Assembly: GCF_988242995.1 (NCBI RefSeq)
Contig: NZ_OZ547043.1
Direction: 5' to 3' (one strand)
DNA length: 64,000 bases
Below the pieces are notes generated by a model. That model saw only the letters and a list, made by a program, of their open reading frames with translations, had not been told where the DNA came from and made no database searches. The translations under genes were made by a program, and so were the position numbers. Below are positions 44,565 to 56,701 of the stretch, piece after piece. Position 1 is the stretch's first letter. Every line of letters begins with the position of its first letter.

Positions 44565-46178
44565 ATGAAGCACTCTGTTTCAGTCACGTGTTGTGCGCTG
44601 TTGGTCAGCAGCATTTCTCTTTCGTATGCTGCTGAAGTTCCGAGCGGCACAGTACTGGCAGAGAAGCAGGAGCTGGTGCGCCACATTAAAGATGAGCCAG
44701 CGTCGCTGGATCCCGCTAAAGCCGTGGGCCTGCCGGAGATTCAGGTCATTCGCGATCTGTTTGAAGGACTGGTGAATCAGAACGAGAAAGGGGAGATTGT
44801 CCCCGGCGTTGCGACTCAGTGGAAAAGTAATGACAACCGTATCTGGACTTTTACCCTGCGCGATAACGCAAAATGGGCGGATGGCACACCGGTAACGACG
44901 CAAGATTTTGTCTACAGCTGGCAACGTCTGGTGGACCCAAAAACATTGTCGCCATTTGCATGGTTTGCCGCGCTGGCGGGAATCAACAACGCACAGGCGA
45001 TTATTGATGGTAAAGCCACGCCTGACCAGCTTGGCGTCACCGCAGTTGATGCCCATACTTTGAAAATCCAGCTTGATAAACCGTTGCCGTGGTTTGTGAA
45101 TTTAACCGCTAACTTTGCCTTCTTCCCGGTGCAAAAAGCCAACGTAGAAAGCAGTAAAGAGTGGACGAAACCCGGAAATCTGATCGGCAATGGCGCTTAT
45201 GTTCTTAAAGAGCGCGTAGTCAATGAAAAACTGGTCGTGGTACCGAATACCCATTATTGGGATAACGCCAAAACGGTGCTGCAAAAAGTGACCTTCCTGC
45301 CAATTAATCAGGAATCCGCAGCCACTAAGCGTTACCTCGCGGGGGATATTGATATCACCGAATCCTTCCCGAAAAATATGTATCAGAAGCTGTTGAAGGA
45401 TATTCCGGGGCAGGTTTATACGCCGCCGCAGCTCGGGACCTATTATTATGCGTTTAACACGCAAAAAGGGCCGACGGCCGATCAGCGTGTTCGCCTGGCA
45501 TTAAGTATGACGATAGATCGCCGCCTGATGACCGAAAAAGTGTTGGGGACGGGGGAAAAGCCAGCGTGGCATTTTACACCAGATGTTACTGCCGGTTTTA
45601 CGCCGGAGCCTTCGCCGTTTGAACAAATGAGTCAGGAAGAACTGAATGCGCAGGCAAAAACTTTGTTGAGCGCAGCTGGTTATGGTCCGCAAAAACCGCT
45701 GAAGCTGACGCTTTTGTATAACACTTCAGAAAACCATCAAAAAATTGCGATTGCTGTAGCATCGATGTGGAAAAAGAACCTTGGCGTAGATGTTAAATTG
45801 CAGAATCAGGAATGGAAAACCTATATCGATAGCCGTAACACCGGCAATTTTGATGTTATCCGCGCCTCATGGGTAGGGGATTATAATGAACCCTCCACTT
45901 TCCTTACGTTGTTAACGTCAACGCATTCAGGGAATATTTCACGCTTTAACAATCCGGCATACGACAAAGTACTGGCCCAGGCATCAACGGAAAATACCGT
46001 TAAAGCGCGTAATGCCGATTACAATGCGGCAGAAAAAATCCTCATGGAGCAAGCACCGATTGCACCAATTTATCAATATACCAATGGACGATTAATCAAG
46101 CCGTGGCTGAAAGGTTATCCCATTAATAACCCGGAAGATGTGGCGTACAGTCGGACTATGTATATTGTGAAGCATTGA
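44565..46178 (+). CDS. mppA: Periplasmic murein tripeptide-binding protein MppA, 537 aa
   Basis: OppA-like solute-binding protein with signal peptide; start MKHSVSVTCCALLVSSISLSYA. Confidence 0.9.
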   Translation: MKHSVSVTCCALLVSSISLSYAAEVPSGTVLAEKQELVRHIKDEPASLDPAKAVGLPEIQVIRDLFEGLVNQNEKGEIVPGVATQWKSNDNRIWTFTLRDNAKWADGTPVTTQDFVYSWQRLVDPKTLSPFAWFAALAGINNAQAIIDGKATPDQLGVTAVDAHTLKIQLDKPLPWFVNLTANFAFFPVQKANVESSKEWTKPGNLIGNGAYVLKERVVNEKLVVVPNTHYWDNAKTVLQKVTFLPINQESAATKRYLAGDIDITESFPKNMYQKLLKDIPGQVYTPPQLGTYYYAFNTQKGPTADQRVRLALSMTIDRRLMTEKVLGTGEKPAWHFTPDVTAGFTPEPSPFEQMSQEELNAQAKTLLSAAGYGPQKPLKLTLLYNTSENHQKIAIAVASMWKKNLGVDVKLQNQEWKTYIDSRNTGNFDVIRASWVGDYNEPSTFLTLLTSTHSGNISRFNNPAYDKVLAQASTENTVKARNADYNAAEKILMEQAPIAPIYQYTNGRLIKPWLKGYPINNPEDVAYSRTMYIVKH

Positions 46179-46228
46179 TGTGATGGGAATTGGCGTTACC
46201 CTTGTGGATAACGCCAGTGATGTCTGAT

Positions 46229-47260
46229 TTAGCGACCCTGGTCCGGCGGTGTAATGTTATCCATATACAGCGTCTGGCTGGGGAAGGCAAAGTCCGCGCC
46301 GTGTGACTGTACAATATCGATAATCTTCAAATAAACGTCTTGCTGTGCAGCAAGCCATTCAGCCCATACCGTGGTTTTGGTAAAGCAATAAACCATAATA
46401 TTTAATGACGAATCGGCAAACTGGTTGAAATAAACCAGTAAGGTTTGTCGCTGGTCGATGGCCGGGTGATTTTTCAGCATCTCACGTACGGCTTCGACAA
46501 TAACGCCCACTTTTGCCGCATCCTCATAACGTAAACCAATGGTCGTGGTAATGCGCCGGTTGGTCATTCGTCCAGGATTTTCTACGCTGATCGACGAAAA
46601 CAGCGAGTTCGGTACGTACAATGGACGATTATCAAAGGTCGTAATTTTGGTAATTCGCCAGCCAATTTCCGCTACTGTACCTTCGATATTTCTGTCCGGT
46701 GAACGGATCCAGTCGCCAATACTAAAAGGACGGTCGAAATAGAGCATAATCCCGGAAAAGAAGTTACTCAGAATATCTTTACCGGCCATACCGACAGCCA
46801 GACCACCAATACCACCAAAGGTCAACAAGCCAGAAAGGCTCATGCCGAAATGTTCGCCATAAAGCAGAACAAGCACCACAATAATGGTGATTTTGATGAT
46901 ACGCGACATAATCCGCGCACTGGTGATATCGCGACCTTTTTTAATCTGCTGTTTTTCAAACTGATTAATCAGCAGAAATAGCTTAATCGTCAGAATAACC
47001 GCAATCAGGGACGTACAGATAAAATCGATAACGCCTGGGGTGATAAATTTGAGTTTATAGTTTTCTATAACATAATTAATGATGCTACCAACAGCACTGA
47101 TAATTATGGTGTAGATTAAAAATTGCACCGCATGGAATAAAAAACCTTTTCTTTTACGATTTCCGCGGCGAAACCAAAAGCTCATCAGAATCAATGCTGC
47201 GCAGCTACCGAAAATAATGACCAGATTAAGCGCATTATTTGTAAACAGTTCAGCGATCAT
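46229..47260 (-). CDS. ynaI: MscS-family mechanosensitive channel YnaI, 343 aa
   Basis: MscS-like transmembrane and beta domains; 343 aa as in E. coli YnaI. Confidence 0.88.
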   Translation of the reverse strand: MIAELFTNNALNLVIIFGSCAALILMSFWFRRGNRKRKGFLFHAVQFLIYTIIISAVGSIINYVIENYKLKFITPGVIDFICTSLIAVILTIKLFLLINQFEKQQIKKGRDITSARIMSRIIKITIIVVLVLLYGEHFGMSLSGLLTFGGIGGLAVGMAGKDILSNFFSGIMLYFDRPFSIGDWIRSPDRNIEGTVAEIGWRITKITTFDNRPLYVPNSLFSSISVENPGRMTNRRITTTIGLRYEDAAKVGVIVEAVREMLKNHPAIDQRQTLLVYFNQFADSSLNIMVYCFTKTTVWAEWLAAQQDVYLKIIDIVQSHGADFAFPSQTLYMDNITPPDQGR

Positions 47261-47503
47261 TGTTTTATCAGGCTCCTCCAGATAATTGTCGTCATGCCGG
47301 AAACCCCTGGCGGGGCTATTTTACCGCGACAATTCATTCAGATCATCAATAGTCAGGGAAGGAAGTAGCAACATTAGCTAACTAATCAATGCGTTGATTG
47401 TAAATCCAGCTAAGAGGTAAGGTTTTCAGAGCAGACAACGGTAAAATGTCATGGTATTGTTACGTTTAGGTAACAAGAAATTTGTCTGCACAAGGATTAC
47501 ATC

Positions 47504-47761
47504 ATGATTATGGCGAAACTGAAGTCAGCGAAAGGGAAGAAATTTCTCTTTGGTTTGTTGGCGGTTTTCATTATTGCGGCGTCGGTTGTGACTCGCGCGA
47601 CCATCGGCGGCGTTATAGAACAGTACAATATTCCGCTGTCTGAGTGGACGACATCAATGTATGTGATTCAGTCATCGATGATTTTTGTTTATAGCCTGGT
47701 CTTTACTGTGTTGCTGGCAATACCGTTGGGAATTTATTTTCTTGGCGGCGAAGAGCAGTAA
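47504..47761 (+). CDS. ynaJ: Small membrane protein YnaJ, 85 aa
   Basis: 85-aa two-helix ORF; divergent from ynaI; bidirectional terminator downstream (47772-47795). Confidence 0.8.
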   Translation: MIMAKLKSAKGKKFLFGLLAVFIIAASVVTRATIGGVIEQYNIPLSEWTTSMYVIQSSMIFVYSLVFTVLLAIPLGIYFLGGEEQ

Positions 47762-47810
47762 GTAAAAAATAGGCCCGATAACTCGGGCCTTGTCAGTTAT
47801 TGAAGAGTCG

Positions 47811-48761
47811 TTAATCGTCTTCTTCGTCATCCAGTTCAACGGGTGTCTGATACTGGTCAGGTTTAATGACCAGCAGGTCGCAGCGAAGATGATCAATCAC
47901 CTGTTCCGCCGTGTTGCCGAGGAATGCTGCTGAAATACCGGTGCGTCCGACCGTGCCCAGAACCACAATCCCCGCCTGTAAATGCTCCGCCAAATCAGGA
48001 ATCACCTCTTCTGGCAGACCTTTTTCTACGTGCGTCATGTTTTCATTAATGCCGAATTTCTGCCGCAGGGCTTTCATTGCCAGCAAATGTTGCCCACGAA
48101 TGGCATCGTTATAAACGCTCGGATCAAATTCCGGCAGTTCAATCGCGATATTAATTGGCGTTACCGGATAAGCGCCAACCAGATGAACTTCAGTATGGTT
48201 GACTTGTTCTGCCAGTTCGATCGTCTCTTTGACCAGTTTTTCATTGAGCGCATTATGGTACGGCTCTTCACTGGCGAGATTCACCGCCACCAGCGCCTTA
48301 CCCCCTTCCGGCCACGGCTGGTCTTTCACCATCCACACCGGGCTTGGGCATTTGCGTAACAGATGCCAGTCCGTTGGCGTAAAAATCACCGCTTCCAGAC
48401 GGTCATGTTGGTGCGCCATTTTTAGCACCAAATCGTGCCCGCCGCTGATCACTTCCTGAATGATGGCTTCGAAAGGACGGTTATGCCAGACCACTTTAAT
48501 TTCAATGGGAACGCCAGCATTGAGATAATATTTTGCCTGCTCGTGGATCCAGGCTGTACGCTGGCTGATGACGCCCTGACGCATAGCGGTACGTTCGTCC
48601 GGAGAGAGCAGGGTGGTCATTTCGTATGAGAAGTCATAGATCGGCAAAAAGGCTTTAATTTTGCCACCAATCCGTTGATGTAAATAAACAGCTCGCCGCA
48701 ATGCTGGTTGGTCGTCCTGGTTAGGATCGATAACAACGAGCATGTTCTGATACATAGCCAT
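47811..48761 (-). CDS. uspE: Universal stress protein E (tandem Usp domains), 316 aa
   Basis: Start [27 protein letters not shown]; tandem UspA domains. Confidence 0.9.
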   Translation of the reverse strand: MAMYQNMLVVIDPNQDDQPALRRAVYLHQRIGGKIKAFLPIYDFSYEMTTLLSPDERTAMRQGVISQRTAWIHEQAKYYLNAGVPIEIKVVWHNRPFEAIIQEVISGGHDLVLKMAHQHDRLEAVIFTPTDWHLLRKCPSPVWMVKDQPWPEGGKALVAVNLASEEPYHNALNEKLVKETIELAEQVNHTEVHLVGAYPVTPINIAIELPEFDPSVYNDAIRGQHLLAMKALRQKFGINENMTHVEKGLPEEVIPDLAEHLQAGIVVLGTVGRTGISAAFLGNTAEQVIDHLRCDLLVIKPDQYQTPVELDDEEDD

Positions 48762-48912
48762 ACAGGGTCTCCTTACAACAACTGTCAACGCAGTTTGTAA
48801 TTAAAAGATTAACCCATATCTGGTGAATGAAACAGTGATGAACCTTCTGCCAGATCAATAAATCAGAAAAATTTAATGATATGACAGAAGGATAGTGAGT
48901 TATGCGGAAAAA

Positions 48913-49665
48913 TCAGGCAACGTTACGCGTATGACCAGCAAGCTGGGCCAGCGCATCGTTATTTTCGATGGTGATGTATTTACCTTTGACTGCCAGCATA
49001 CCGCTTTTCTGGAAGCGACCCAGCAGACGGCTGATGGTTTCTACCGTCAGGCCCAGATAGTTACCGATATCGCCACGAGTCATCGTCAGGCGGAATTCAC
49101 GAGGGGAGAAGCCGCGTTGGGCAAAACGACGGGACAGGTTGTAGATGAATGCAGCCAGACGTTCCTCGGCATTTTTCTTCGACAACAGCAGGATCATGTC
49201 CTGATCGCCTTTGATTTCACCGCTCATCAGACGCATCATCTGCTGACGCAGATTCGGCATTTTACCGGACAAATCGTCCAGCGTTTCGAACGGGATTTCA
49301 CATACCATCGAGGTTTCCAGCGCCTGCGCGAAGCTCGGGTGATGACCGCTGCCGATTGCATCAAATCCCACCAGGTCACCAGCTAAATGGAAACCAGTGA
49401 TTTGCTCGTCGCCTTGCTCAGTAATGGTATAACTTTTAATCGTACCGGAGCGGATGGCATAAAGCGATTTTAGTTCATCACCAGCCTTAAACAGCGTCTG
49501 GCCTTTCTGAATAGGCTTCTTCCGCTCAATGATATTATCAAGCTGATCAAGCTCATGTTCGTTGAGTGTGAACGGGATGCAAAGCTGGCTGATGCTGCAA
49601 TCCTGGCAATGGATAGCACAACCGCCAGACTGAATGCGCCGTATAATTCGCTTTTCCGGGATCAT
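48913..49665 (-). CDS. fnr: Anaerobic global regulator FNR, 250 aa
   Basis: [42 protein letters not shown]... N-terminal Cys cluster and CRP-family HTH. Confidence 0.95.
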
Positions 49666-49684
49666 AGGTCTGCTCAAGCCGTAA

Positions 49685-49698
49685 TTGATATTTGTCAA
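49685..49698. promoter_or_regulatory. FNR site (TTGATATTTGTCAA) in the fnr promoter
   Basis: Near-consensus TTGAT-N4-ATCAA palindrome 20-33 bp upstream of the fnr start codon. Confidence 0.6.
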
Positions 49699-49859
49699 TT
49701 TTAACATCTTTTTAGGGAGCAAGTAAGTCTAAGCAAACCTTAACAGCAGAGAATTCCGATATTAGATGTAAATATATGTCTATCTATTTGAAAACCCTTA
49801 AGTTGTTAAGGGTAACTTTACATAAAAGTGTGAACAAGCTGGCACAAATTGTTTAATGT

Positions 49860-50375
49860 TTACAGCAAAAGATAACCTTCGTGGCGTAATAACCACTCTT
49901 TTCGCTGAACTCTGCCTGCATATCCGGTCATGGTACCGTTTCTGCCAATGACCCGATGACAAGGCACAACAATGCTGATGGGATTCGATCCATTTGCCGC
50001 ACCTACGGCACGCGCCGCACCGGGGCGGCCCAATTGTTCAGCCAGTTGGCCGTAATGCATTACCTGCCCGCAGGGGATAGTACGTAGTGTTTTCCAGACT
50101 TCGCGCTGAAATGGCGTCCCCCCCGTGGCAGTGGGAAGCGTATCAATAATGCTAAGATTACCGGCAAAATATTCACGAAGCTTGTCACTTAAACCACCTG
50201 GGTTGGTGGCAGAAATGCGTTCATAGCCTTCTTTGCGGTAATGGATGTCCAGCAGCTGCACCATGCGTTCGCTGTACTCTTCCCATTCAACCGCCCGCAG
50301 GCGAAATTGCTCATCGCAAATCACCCACAGTGGACCCAGTGGCGTGACAATTTTTTCTTCAAGTAATCTCAGCAT
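49860..50375 (-). CDS. ogt: O6-methylguanine-DNA methyltransferase Ogt, 171 aa
   Basis: PCHRVIG active-site motif. Confidence 0.92.
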   Translation of the reverse strand: MLRLLEEKIVTPLGPLWVICDEQFRLRAVEWEEYSERMVQLLDIHYRKEGYERISATNPGGLSDKLREYFAGNLSIIDTLPTATGGTPFQREVWKTLRTIPCGQVMHYGQLAEQLGRPGAARAVGAANGSNPISIVVPCHRVIGRNGTMTGYAGRVQRKEWLLRHEGYLLL

Positions 50376-50385
50376 CCGTTCTCTC

Positions 50386-51912
50386 TTAAGACAAACGTGG
50401 GTAAATCCCCGGACCTATCGGCAGACCGACAAGATACCACGCCAGCAACATCAGCAGCCATACCACCAAAAAGATAAGTGGATAGGGCAAAACTAACGAA
50501 TAGTAAGTACCCAGTTTCGCGTCTGGTTTGTAGCGTTGCAGGAATCCAAGAAACAGTGGAACAAAAGGAGATACCGGCGCTAAAGGCAATACGGATGAGT
50601 CGGCAATACGAAAGAGGATTTGCGCAAATGCCGGGTGAAAGCCAAGTAGCATAAACATCGGTACGAAAATGGGGGCCAGAATCGACCAGATTGCGGAACC
50701 GCTGGCGATAAACATGCATAAGAAAGAGGAAAGCAACTCCAGACCGACAAACGCCGGGATGCCGCTAAGCCCTGAACTTTCCAGTATATCGGTCAGCCCC
50801 ACGGCGATGAATTTCCCCATGTTGCTCCAGTTAAACATGGCGACAAACTGGGCGAGGGGAAAAACCATCACGATAAATCCCGCCATCTCTTTCATCGGTT
50901 CAATCATTAATTGCGGTAAATCCGCCTGATGTCGAATTGTGCGGGTAGCGATGCCATAAGCCAGCGAGACCACAAAGAAAAAAAGAATGATCAGTGGCAC
51001 GATACCTTTAATAAAGGGTGATGGCATCACGGTGTGATTAATTGGATCGCGCAATATCCCGTTTTCCGGGATCACCATCAGCGCAATCGCAGCAATAAAA
51101 AGTAGCGATACGACACCTGCTATGCGTAAACCAAAACGCTGACTTTCGGTCAATGTCTGCAGTTTCTCATCGCTGTTTCCCTGCCATTGACCTAACCGTG
51201 GCTCGATGATTTTGTCGGTTATCAGGCCGCCAACAATCGTCAGTACGACTACGGAGCTGGCCATAAAATACCAGTTATCAATTACACTGACGTGCATTTG
51301 CGGATTGAACGCAGCCGCCGCTTCCGTGCTGATCCCCGACAGCAACACGTCGGTTGTGACAATCAGTAAATTAGCCGTAAAGCCGCAACCTACGCCTGCA
51401 ATGGCGGCAAGTAAACCTGCAACTGGATGCCTGCCCACCGCCAGAAAAATTAGCGCACCCATCGGTGGCATGATCACTAACGCCGCATCGGAAGAAATGT
51501 GGCTGAAAAAAGCAATAAACAGCACCATATAACTGGCGTAGCGGGCATTCACATGCGATGCCATTTTAACCATCAACGCTGGCAGTAAGCCGACGCGCTC
51601 CGCCAGACCGGCACCTAAAACCAGCGCCAGGATCGCACCAAGTGGAGCAAAACCGCTAAAGTTTTTAATAACATTGGGTAAAAACCAGTGTAATCCTTCC
51701 ACACTGAGCAGGTTTTTCACGACCACCGGCGTACCATCGGTCGGGTTTTTCGCACTGACGCCAAAGGCCGACAAAATTGCCGTCGTCACCATGAGTACGA
51801 TAATCAAATAGATAAAGAGCAAAAAAGGATGGGGAACCTTGTTACCAATTCTTTCGACCCAGCCATAGAGCTTCCCGGATTGGGAGGACGACGGTATGGA
51901 TGACATACTCAT
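50386..51912 (-). CDS. abgT: p-aminobenzoyl-glutamate transporter AbgT, 508 aa
   Basis: AbgT-family membrane protein; start [18 protein letters not shown]. Confidence 0.9.
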   Translation of the reverse strand: MSMSSIPSSSQSGKLYGWVERIGNKVPHPFLLFIYLIIVLMVTTAILSAFGVSAKNPTDGTPVVVKNLLSVEGLHWFLPNVIKNFSGFAPLGAILALVLGAGLAERVGLLPALMVKMASHVNARYASYMVLFIAFFSHISSDAALVIMPPMGALIFLAVGRHPVAGLLAAIAGVGCGFTANLLIVTTDVLLSGISTEAAAAFNPQMHVSVIDNWYFMASSVVVLTIVGGLITDKIIEPRLGQWQGNSDEKLQTLTESQRFGLRIAGVVSLLFIAAIALMVIPENGILRDPINHTVMPSPFIKGIVPLIILFFFVVSLAYGIATRTIRHQADLPQLMIEPMKEMAGFIVMVFPLAQFVAMFNWSNMGKFIAVGLTDILESSGLSGIPAFVGLELLSSFLCMFIASGSAIWSILAPIFVPMFMLLGFHPAFAQILFRIADSSVLPLAPVSPFVPLFLGFLQRYKPDAKLGTYYSLVLPYPLIFLVVWLLMLLAWYLVGLPIGPGIYPRLS

Positions 51913-51948
51913 GGGCATTCCTCGTTTGTTGTGTTTGCGTTGTTGTTG

Positions 51949-53394
51949 TTATTTTAAAGGTGACGGTGTCACGTTTTTCGGGATAGGGCAGTGATACGGT
52001 TGCGTGTCCGTAACTTGCTGATGCTCTTGTTGGCATTCTTGCAATAGCCCTGAATCAATGAAGAGATTAAGTGTGGTTGCTGCCATAGTTTTCGCCGCCA
52101 GCAGCATTCCTTTATGAGCAATAGATGTTCGCCCCTGGCTAACCAGTTGCCACGTATGTAGCGGGGTACCGACGGCAAAGCAGGGGCTGAAACACTGGGC
52201 AACAGGCAGTTTCCAACTGACGTCGCCGACATCAGTCGATGCCGCAAGCACGTTATCGGTGGCGGCATATGGAGCGACTTCATTCGCCAGTACCGTTTCA
52301 CGATGACGTAGTGCAAAAGCCTTGCCGTTTTCGCCACCGGTTGCAGCGATATTATTCAGACTGTTTTGCCGATCGTTGGGGGTGAGCGTAGCCTGAATTT
52401 GTTTCGCAAAAGCCAGTTCTTCGCAGTTCCATTCCGGAGTACCAAAATGGGATAGGGCCTGGTACATGGCATTTTCTAAGGTGCGATTCGGGAGATAACT
52501 GGAACAGGCTTTGTCGAAGCGGCATTCAACCGTGGTTTCGGTCATCAATGCCGCACCTTCGGCGATTTTGGCGACCCGATCATAAATATGCTGCACATCG
52601 GTCATTTCGGGGGCGCGGATAAGATAAAGCACTTCTGCCTGCGCCTGGACCACGTTGGGCGAGATCCCGCCGCTATCTATGATGGCATAGTGTACGCGCG
52701 CTTTTTCAATAATATGTTCGTTGAGGAAGTTGGTGCCAGTGGTCATCAACGTTACGGCATCAAGGGCGCTGCGTCCCAAATGAGGGGAGTTCGCGGCATG
52801 TGCTGCGATCCCTTTAAAGCGCCATGATGCCTGAATGTTTGCCAGCGTGCGGGTATTGAACATACCGGCAAAGGCTTCCGGGTGCCAGGTGAGTGCCGCA
52901 TCCACATCATCAAATACCCCCTCGCGGACCATGAACGCTTTACCCGAGCCGCCTTCTTCGCCAGGACAACCATAAAAGCGCACCGTGCCGCCTTGCCCAT
53001 ATTGTTCCAGCCATTTCTTGACGGCTATTGCTGCGGCAAAGGCGGCGGTTCCCAGCAAATTGTGTCCGCAACCGTGACCATTTTCACCGGGCGTCGCGGA
53101 TGTAGGTTGCGCGCAACCTGCTTGCTGACTTAAACCTGCCAGGGCGTCATATTCCCCCAGCAGGGCGATAACCGGTTTGCCTTGACCAAACGAAGCAATA
53201 AAGGCATTTGGGATATTGCCTACGTTGCGGGTAACGGTGAAGCCTGCAGACTCCAGCGCCGAAGCCAGATGCTCCGCTGACCAGAACTCTTCAAAACGTG
53301 TTTCTGGATGATCCCAGATTTGATCGGCAATATCGGTATAACGTTGGCGATCGGCTTCAATCGCATCGTCGATAAAACGATAGATTTCCTGCAT
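51949..53394 (-). CDS. abgB: p-aminobenzoyl-glutamate hydrolase subunit B (M20 peptidase), 481 aa
   Basis: M20-family metallopeptidase; abg operon context. Confidence 0.9.
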   Translation of the reverse strand: MQEIYRFIDDAIEADRQRYTDIADQIWDHPETRFEEFWSAEHLASALESAGFTVTRNVGNIPNAFIASFGQGKPVIALLGEYDALAGLSQQAGCAQPTSATPGENGHGCGHNLLGTAAFAAAIAVKKWLEQYGQGGTVRFYGCPGEEGGSGKAFMVREGVFDDVDAALTWHPEAFAGMFNTRTLANIQASWRFKGIAAHAANSPHLGRSALDAVTLMTTGTNFLNEHIIEKARVHYAIIDSGGISPNVVQAQAEVLYLIRAPEMTDVQHIYDRVAKIAEGAALMTETTVECRFDKACSSYLPNRTLENAMYQALSHFGTPEWNCEELAFAKQIQATLTPNDRQNSLNNIAATGGENGKAFALRHRETVLANEVAPYAATDNVLAASTDVGDVSWKLPVAQCFSPCFAVGTPLHTWQLVSQGRTSIAHKGMLLAAKTMAATTLNLFIDSGLLQECQQEHQQVTDTQPYHCPIPKNVTPSPLK

Positions 53395-54704
53395 CAGATA
53401 CCTCGCGTCCAGGGAAAATTGAGCGCGGTGCGCGCCAGCGTTTCGACGGCAATAGCGAGAACCTGCTCGTCAAAATCGAATTTTTCGTTGTGATGACCTG
53501 CCGCCAGCTGTGTGCCAAACACCATATAGGAGGCTTGCCCTTGATGTTGCTGCACGCGGGCCATCATTAATGTGGCATCTTCGGAACCCGCAGGCGCTTC
53601 AACACGTTCAATGGCCTGATTGACCCCCGCGACCTGAGCTGCCTGACTTTGCAACCATGCGACCCATTGCGGCGAAGGAGAACTGGCGGTAGCTGCACCC
53701 ATCAGACGAGTTTCAACGCCGACACCATACATGGTTGCTGCGCCCTGAATCGCTTGTTGTGCACGGTCAAAAACATATTGATTAATGACGTCGCTGGCCC
53801 CGCGTGTTTCCACTTTCAGCAACGCTGAGGCGGGAACAACATTACGACCGCTTCCTGCCTGCATAACGCCCACGTTTACTCTGGAAGCGCCTTCGCTGTG
53901 CGGGGCGATTGCATGCAGTGCAAGAGTTGCTTGTGCTGCCGCCAACAAGGCATTGTGACCGTCTTCTGGTTTTGCGCCTGCGTGAGCGGCGGTCCCGGTG
54001 AAGTGCGCGTCAAATTTGGTGGTTGCCATAAAATTATCACTGCCGCACACCACGGTGCCCGCAGGTACGCCAGTGCCAATGTGCACGGCAGTAAAATAAT
54101 CAACATCATCCACTACACCTGCATCGACCATCGCCCGCGCGCCACGCGTACCTTCTTCTGCAGGTTGAAAAATCAGTTTGATGACGCCATGTAGTCCGGA
54201 CTCGAACTGTTTAAGGGTATGCGCCAGCCCAAGCCCAATGGTGGTATGTCCATCATGACCACAGGCATGCATCATTCCGGCGTTACATGACGCAAAACCG
54301 TCGCGGTAGGGGCGATGGCTGACATCCTGCTCTTCACTGAGATCCAGCGCGTCCATATCGACACGGAAAGCCATCACCGGACCGGGGCGACCGGTATCCA
54401 GGGTGGCGACGATACCAGTGAAACCGCCTTCAAAAGCCGCAATCCATTGTTCTAGCGCACCCTGTTGACGAGCGCGCTCGAATTCGCGTTGTAGAGTGAA
54501 TTCATCAGGTAATCCCATCCGGCTACTTTCATTAACTACTTCGCGGCCCAGCGCCAGTGAATAACCGAGCTGGTGCAATTCTTCCGCAACAAGGGTGGCA
54601 GTGCGGAATTCCACCCAGCCAGACTCTGCATAGTGGTGAAAATCACGTCGCCAGTGCGATAATTTTGGGGCAAGCGAATTAATAAATTGATTCAAAGACT
54701 CCAT
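53394..54704 (-). CDS. abgA: p-aminobenzoyl-glutamate hydrolase subunit A (M20 peptidase), 436 aa
   Basis: Start MESLNQFINSLAPKLSHWRRDFHHYAESGW; M20 family. Confidence 0.9.
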   Translation of the reverse strand: MESLNQFINSLAPKLSHWRRDFHHYAESGWVEFRTATLVAEELHQLGYSLALGREVVNESSRMGLPDEFTLQREFERARQQGALEQWIAAFEGGFTGIVATLDTGRPGPVMAFRVDMDALDLSEEQDVSHRPYRDGFASCNAGMMHACGHDGHTTIGLGLAHTLKQFESGLHGVIKLIFQPAEEGTRGARAMVDAGVVDDVDYFTAVHIGTGVPAGTVVCGSDNFMATTKFDAHFTGTAAHAGAKPEDGHNALLAAAQATLALHAIAPHSEGASRVNVGVMQAGSGRNVVPASALLKVETRGASDVINQYVFDRAQQAIQGAATMYGVGVETRLMGAATASSPSPQWVAWLQSQAAQVAGVNQAIERVEAPAGSEDATLMMARVQQHQGQASYMVFGTQLAAGHHNEKFDFDEQVLAIAVETLARTALNFPWTRGI

Positions 54705-54879
54705 AACCTTTCCCGTCATCAGTAAAAAGTGTGACCCGGTTCACGTAGCGATAGTTTTTACTTATCACTAACTGATTTTTCACAGTTTTAACCGTTCATA
54801 AATTACCCTGACACAATCATCTGCATTAAAGTAGATGCCAGTTTCTTTGGTCTGATAAATAACGGTTATCGGTGGCGTC

Positions 54880-55788
54880 ATGGCTTTTCAGGTAAAAATT
54901 CATCAAATTCGGGCTTTTGTTGAAGTGGCTCGTCAGGGCAGCATTCGCGGAGCGAGCCGAATGTTGAATATGTCGCAACCGGCACTGAGTAAATCTATTC
55001 AGGAGCTGGAAGAAGGGTTGGCGGCACAACTCTTTTTTCGCCGTAGTAAAGGCGTGACGTTAACTGATGCCGGCGAAAGTTTTTATCAGCACGCCAGTCT
55101 TATTCTTGAAGAGCTGCGCGCAGCGCAAGAGGATATTCGCCAACGACAAGGGCAACTGGCAGGGCAAATTAATATCGGCATGGGGGCCAGTATTTCCCGC
55201 AGTCTGATGCCAGCTGTCATATCTCGTTTTCATCAGCAGCATCCGCAGGTAAAAGTACGCATTATGGAAGGGCAACTGGTATCGATGATTAATGAATTGC
55301 GCCAGGGGGAACTGGATTTCACCATCAATACCTATTATCAGGGACCCTACGACCACGAATTTACTTTTGAGAAATTACTGGAAAAGCAATTCGCGATCTT
55401 TTGCCGCCCGGGACACCCCGCCATTGGTGTCCGTTCGATCAAACAGTTACTGGACTACAGCTGGACAATGCCGACGCCACACGGCAGCTACTACAAACAG
55501 TTGAGTGAATTGCTTGACGATCAGGCGCAAACGCCACAGGTCGGTGTAGTCTGCGAGACGTTCTCAGCCTGTATCAGTCTGGTGGCAAAAAGCGATTTTC
55601 TCAGCATACTGCCTGAAGAAATGGGCTGCGATCCCTTGCACGGACAGGGGCTGGTGATGTTGCCGGTTAGCGAAATTTTACCGAAAGCGACCTATTATTT
55701 GATTCAGCGGCGTGATAGTCGCCAGACACCACTGACCGCGTCATTAATCACGCAATTTCGGCGAGAATGCGGCTATCTGCAAAGTTAA
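54880..55788 (+). CDS. abgR: LysR-type regulator AbgR, 302 aa
   Basis: LysR HTH; divergent from abgA. Confidence 0.9.
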   Translation: MAFQVKIHQIRAFVEVARQGSIRGASRMLNMSQPALSKSIQELEEGLAAQLFFRRSKGVTLTDAGESFYQHASLILEELRAAQEDIRQRQGQLAGQINIGMGASISRSLMPAVISRFHQQHPQVKVRIMEGQLVSMINELRQGELDFTINTYYQGPYDHEFTFEKLLEKQFAIFCRPGHPAIGVRSIKQLLDYSWTMPTPHGSYYKQLSELLDDQAQTPQVGVVCETFSACISLVAKSDFLSILPEEMGCDPLHGQGLVMLPVSEILPKATYYLIQRRDSRQTPLTASLITQFRRECGYLQS

Positions 55789-55795
55789 AACTGCA

Positions 55796-55890
55796 TAAAA
55801 AAATAGAGCCTGTCGACATCCGCCAGACTCTACAGTACACACAGCAGTGCATCCTCGTCTTAAATCCGGCCTGGTCTCCTCTGTGCCGGT
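55796..55890 (-). ncRNA. mcaS: McaS (IsrA) small regulatory RNA, ~95 nt
   Basis: Minus-strand sequence ACCGGCACAGAGGAGACCAGGCCGGAUUUAAGACGAGGAUGCACUGCUGUGUGUACUGUAGAGUCUGGCGGAUGUCGACAGGCUCUAUUUUUUUAU with GGA motifs and intrinsic terminator, in the abgR-smrA intergenic region. Confidence 0.8.
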
Positions 55891-56117
55891 GACTGTGTTA
55901 TAACGGTTTTAACCTTTAGTTGCCAATTTTCTTCAGTGACAGATTTCACGAAAATATAAGTTACATTATTAATATCGTGAATGAATAATCATGCATAAGC
56001 ATTTTGCTTAAAATATCGGCAACATTTGGAACTCATTACTGGAAATTTGGGTAATACGTTGTTGGACCGACCCGGTCTGGTTATCATATCGCGCTCTTAA
56101 TTGCGGGAGGATGTAAC

Positions 56118-56681
56118 ATGAACCTTGACGACAAATCGCTGTTTCTTGACGCCATGGAAGATGTCCAGCCGCTGAAACGTGCTACAGATGTCCACTGGCA
56201 TCCAACGCGTAACCAACGTGCGCCGCAGCGTATCGACACGCTGCAACTTGATAATTTCCTCACCACCGGATTTCTCGACATCATCCCGCTAAGTCAGCCG
56301 CTGGAGTTTCGGCGGGAAGGGTTGCAACATGGGGTGCTGGATAAGCTGCGCAGTGGTAAATATCCGCAACAGGCGAGCCTGAATCTTTTGCGCCAGCCGG
56401 TGGAAGAGTGCCGCAAAATGATGTTCAGTTTCATTCAACAAGCCATGGCGGATGGTTTGCGTAACGTGCTGATTATTCATGGTAAAGGGCGGGATGATAA
56501 ATCGCATGCCAATATTGTCCGCAGCTATGTGGCGCGCTGGCTGACCGAATTTGATGATGTTCAGGCATATTGCACCGCGCTACCGCATCATGGCGGCAGC
56601 GGGGCGTGTTACGTCGCACTACGTAAAACGGCGCAGGCGAAGCAAGAAAACTGGGAGCGCCACGCTAAGCGCAGCCGTTGA
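56118..56681 (+). CDS. smrA: Smr-domain endonuclease SmrA (YdaL), 187 aa
   Basis: Smr domain (LIIHGKG motif); 187 aa. Confidence 0.88.
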   Translation: MNLDDKSLFLDAMEDVQPLKRATDVHWHPTRNQRAPQRIDTLQLDNFLTTGFLDIIPLSQPLEFRREGLQHGVLDKLRSGKYPQQASLNLLRQPVEECRKMMFSFIQQAMADGLRNVLIIHGKGRDDKSHANIVRSYVARWLTEFDDVQAYCTALPHHGGSGACYVALRKTAQAKQENWERHAKRSR

Positions 56682-56701
56682 TCTCGAGACGCATCCGCGG
56701 C

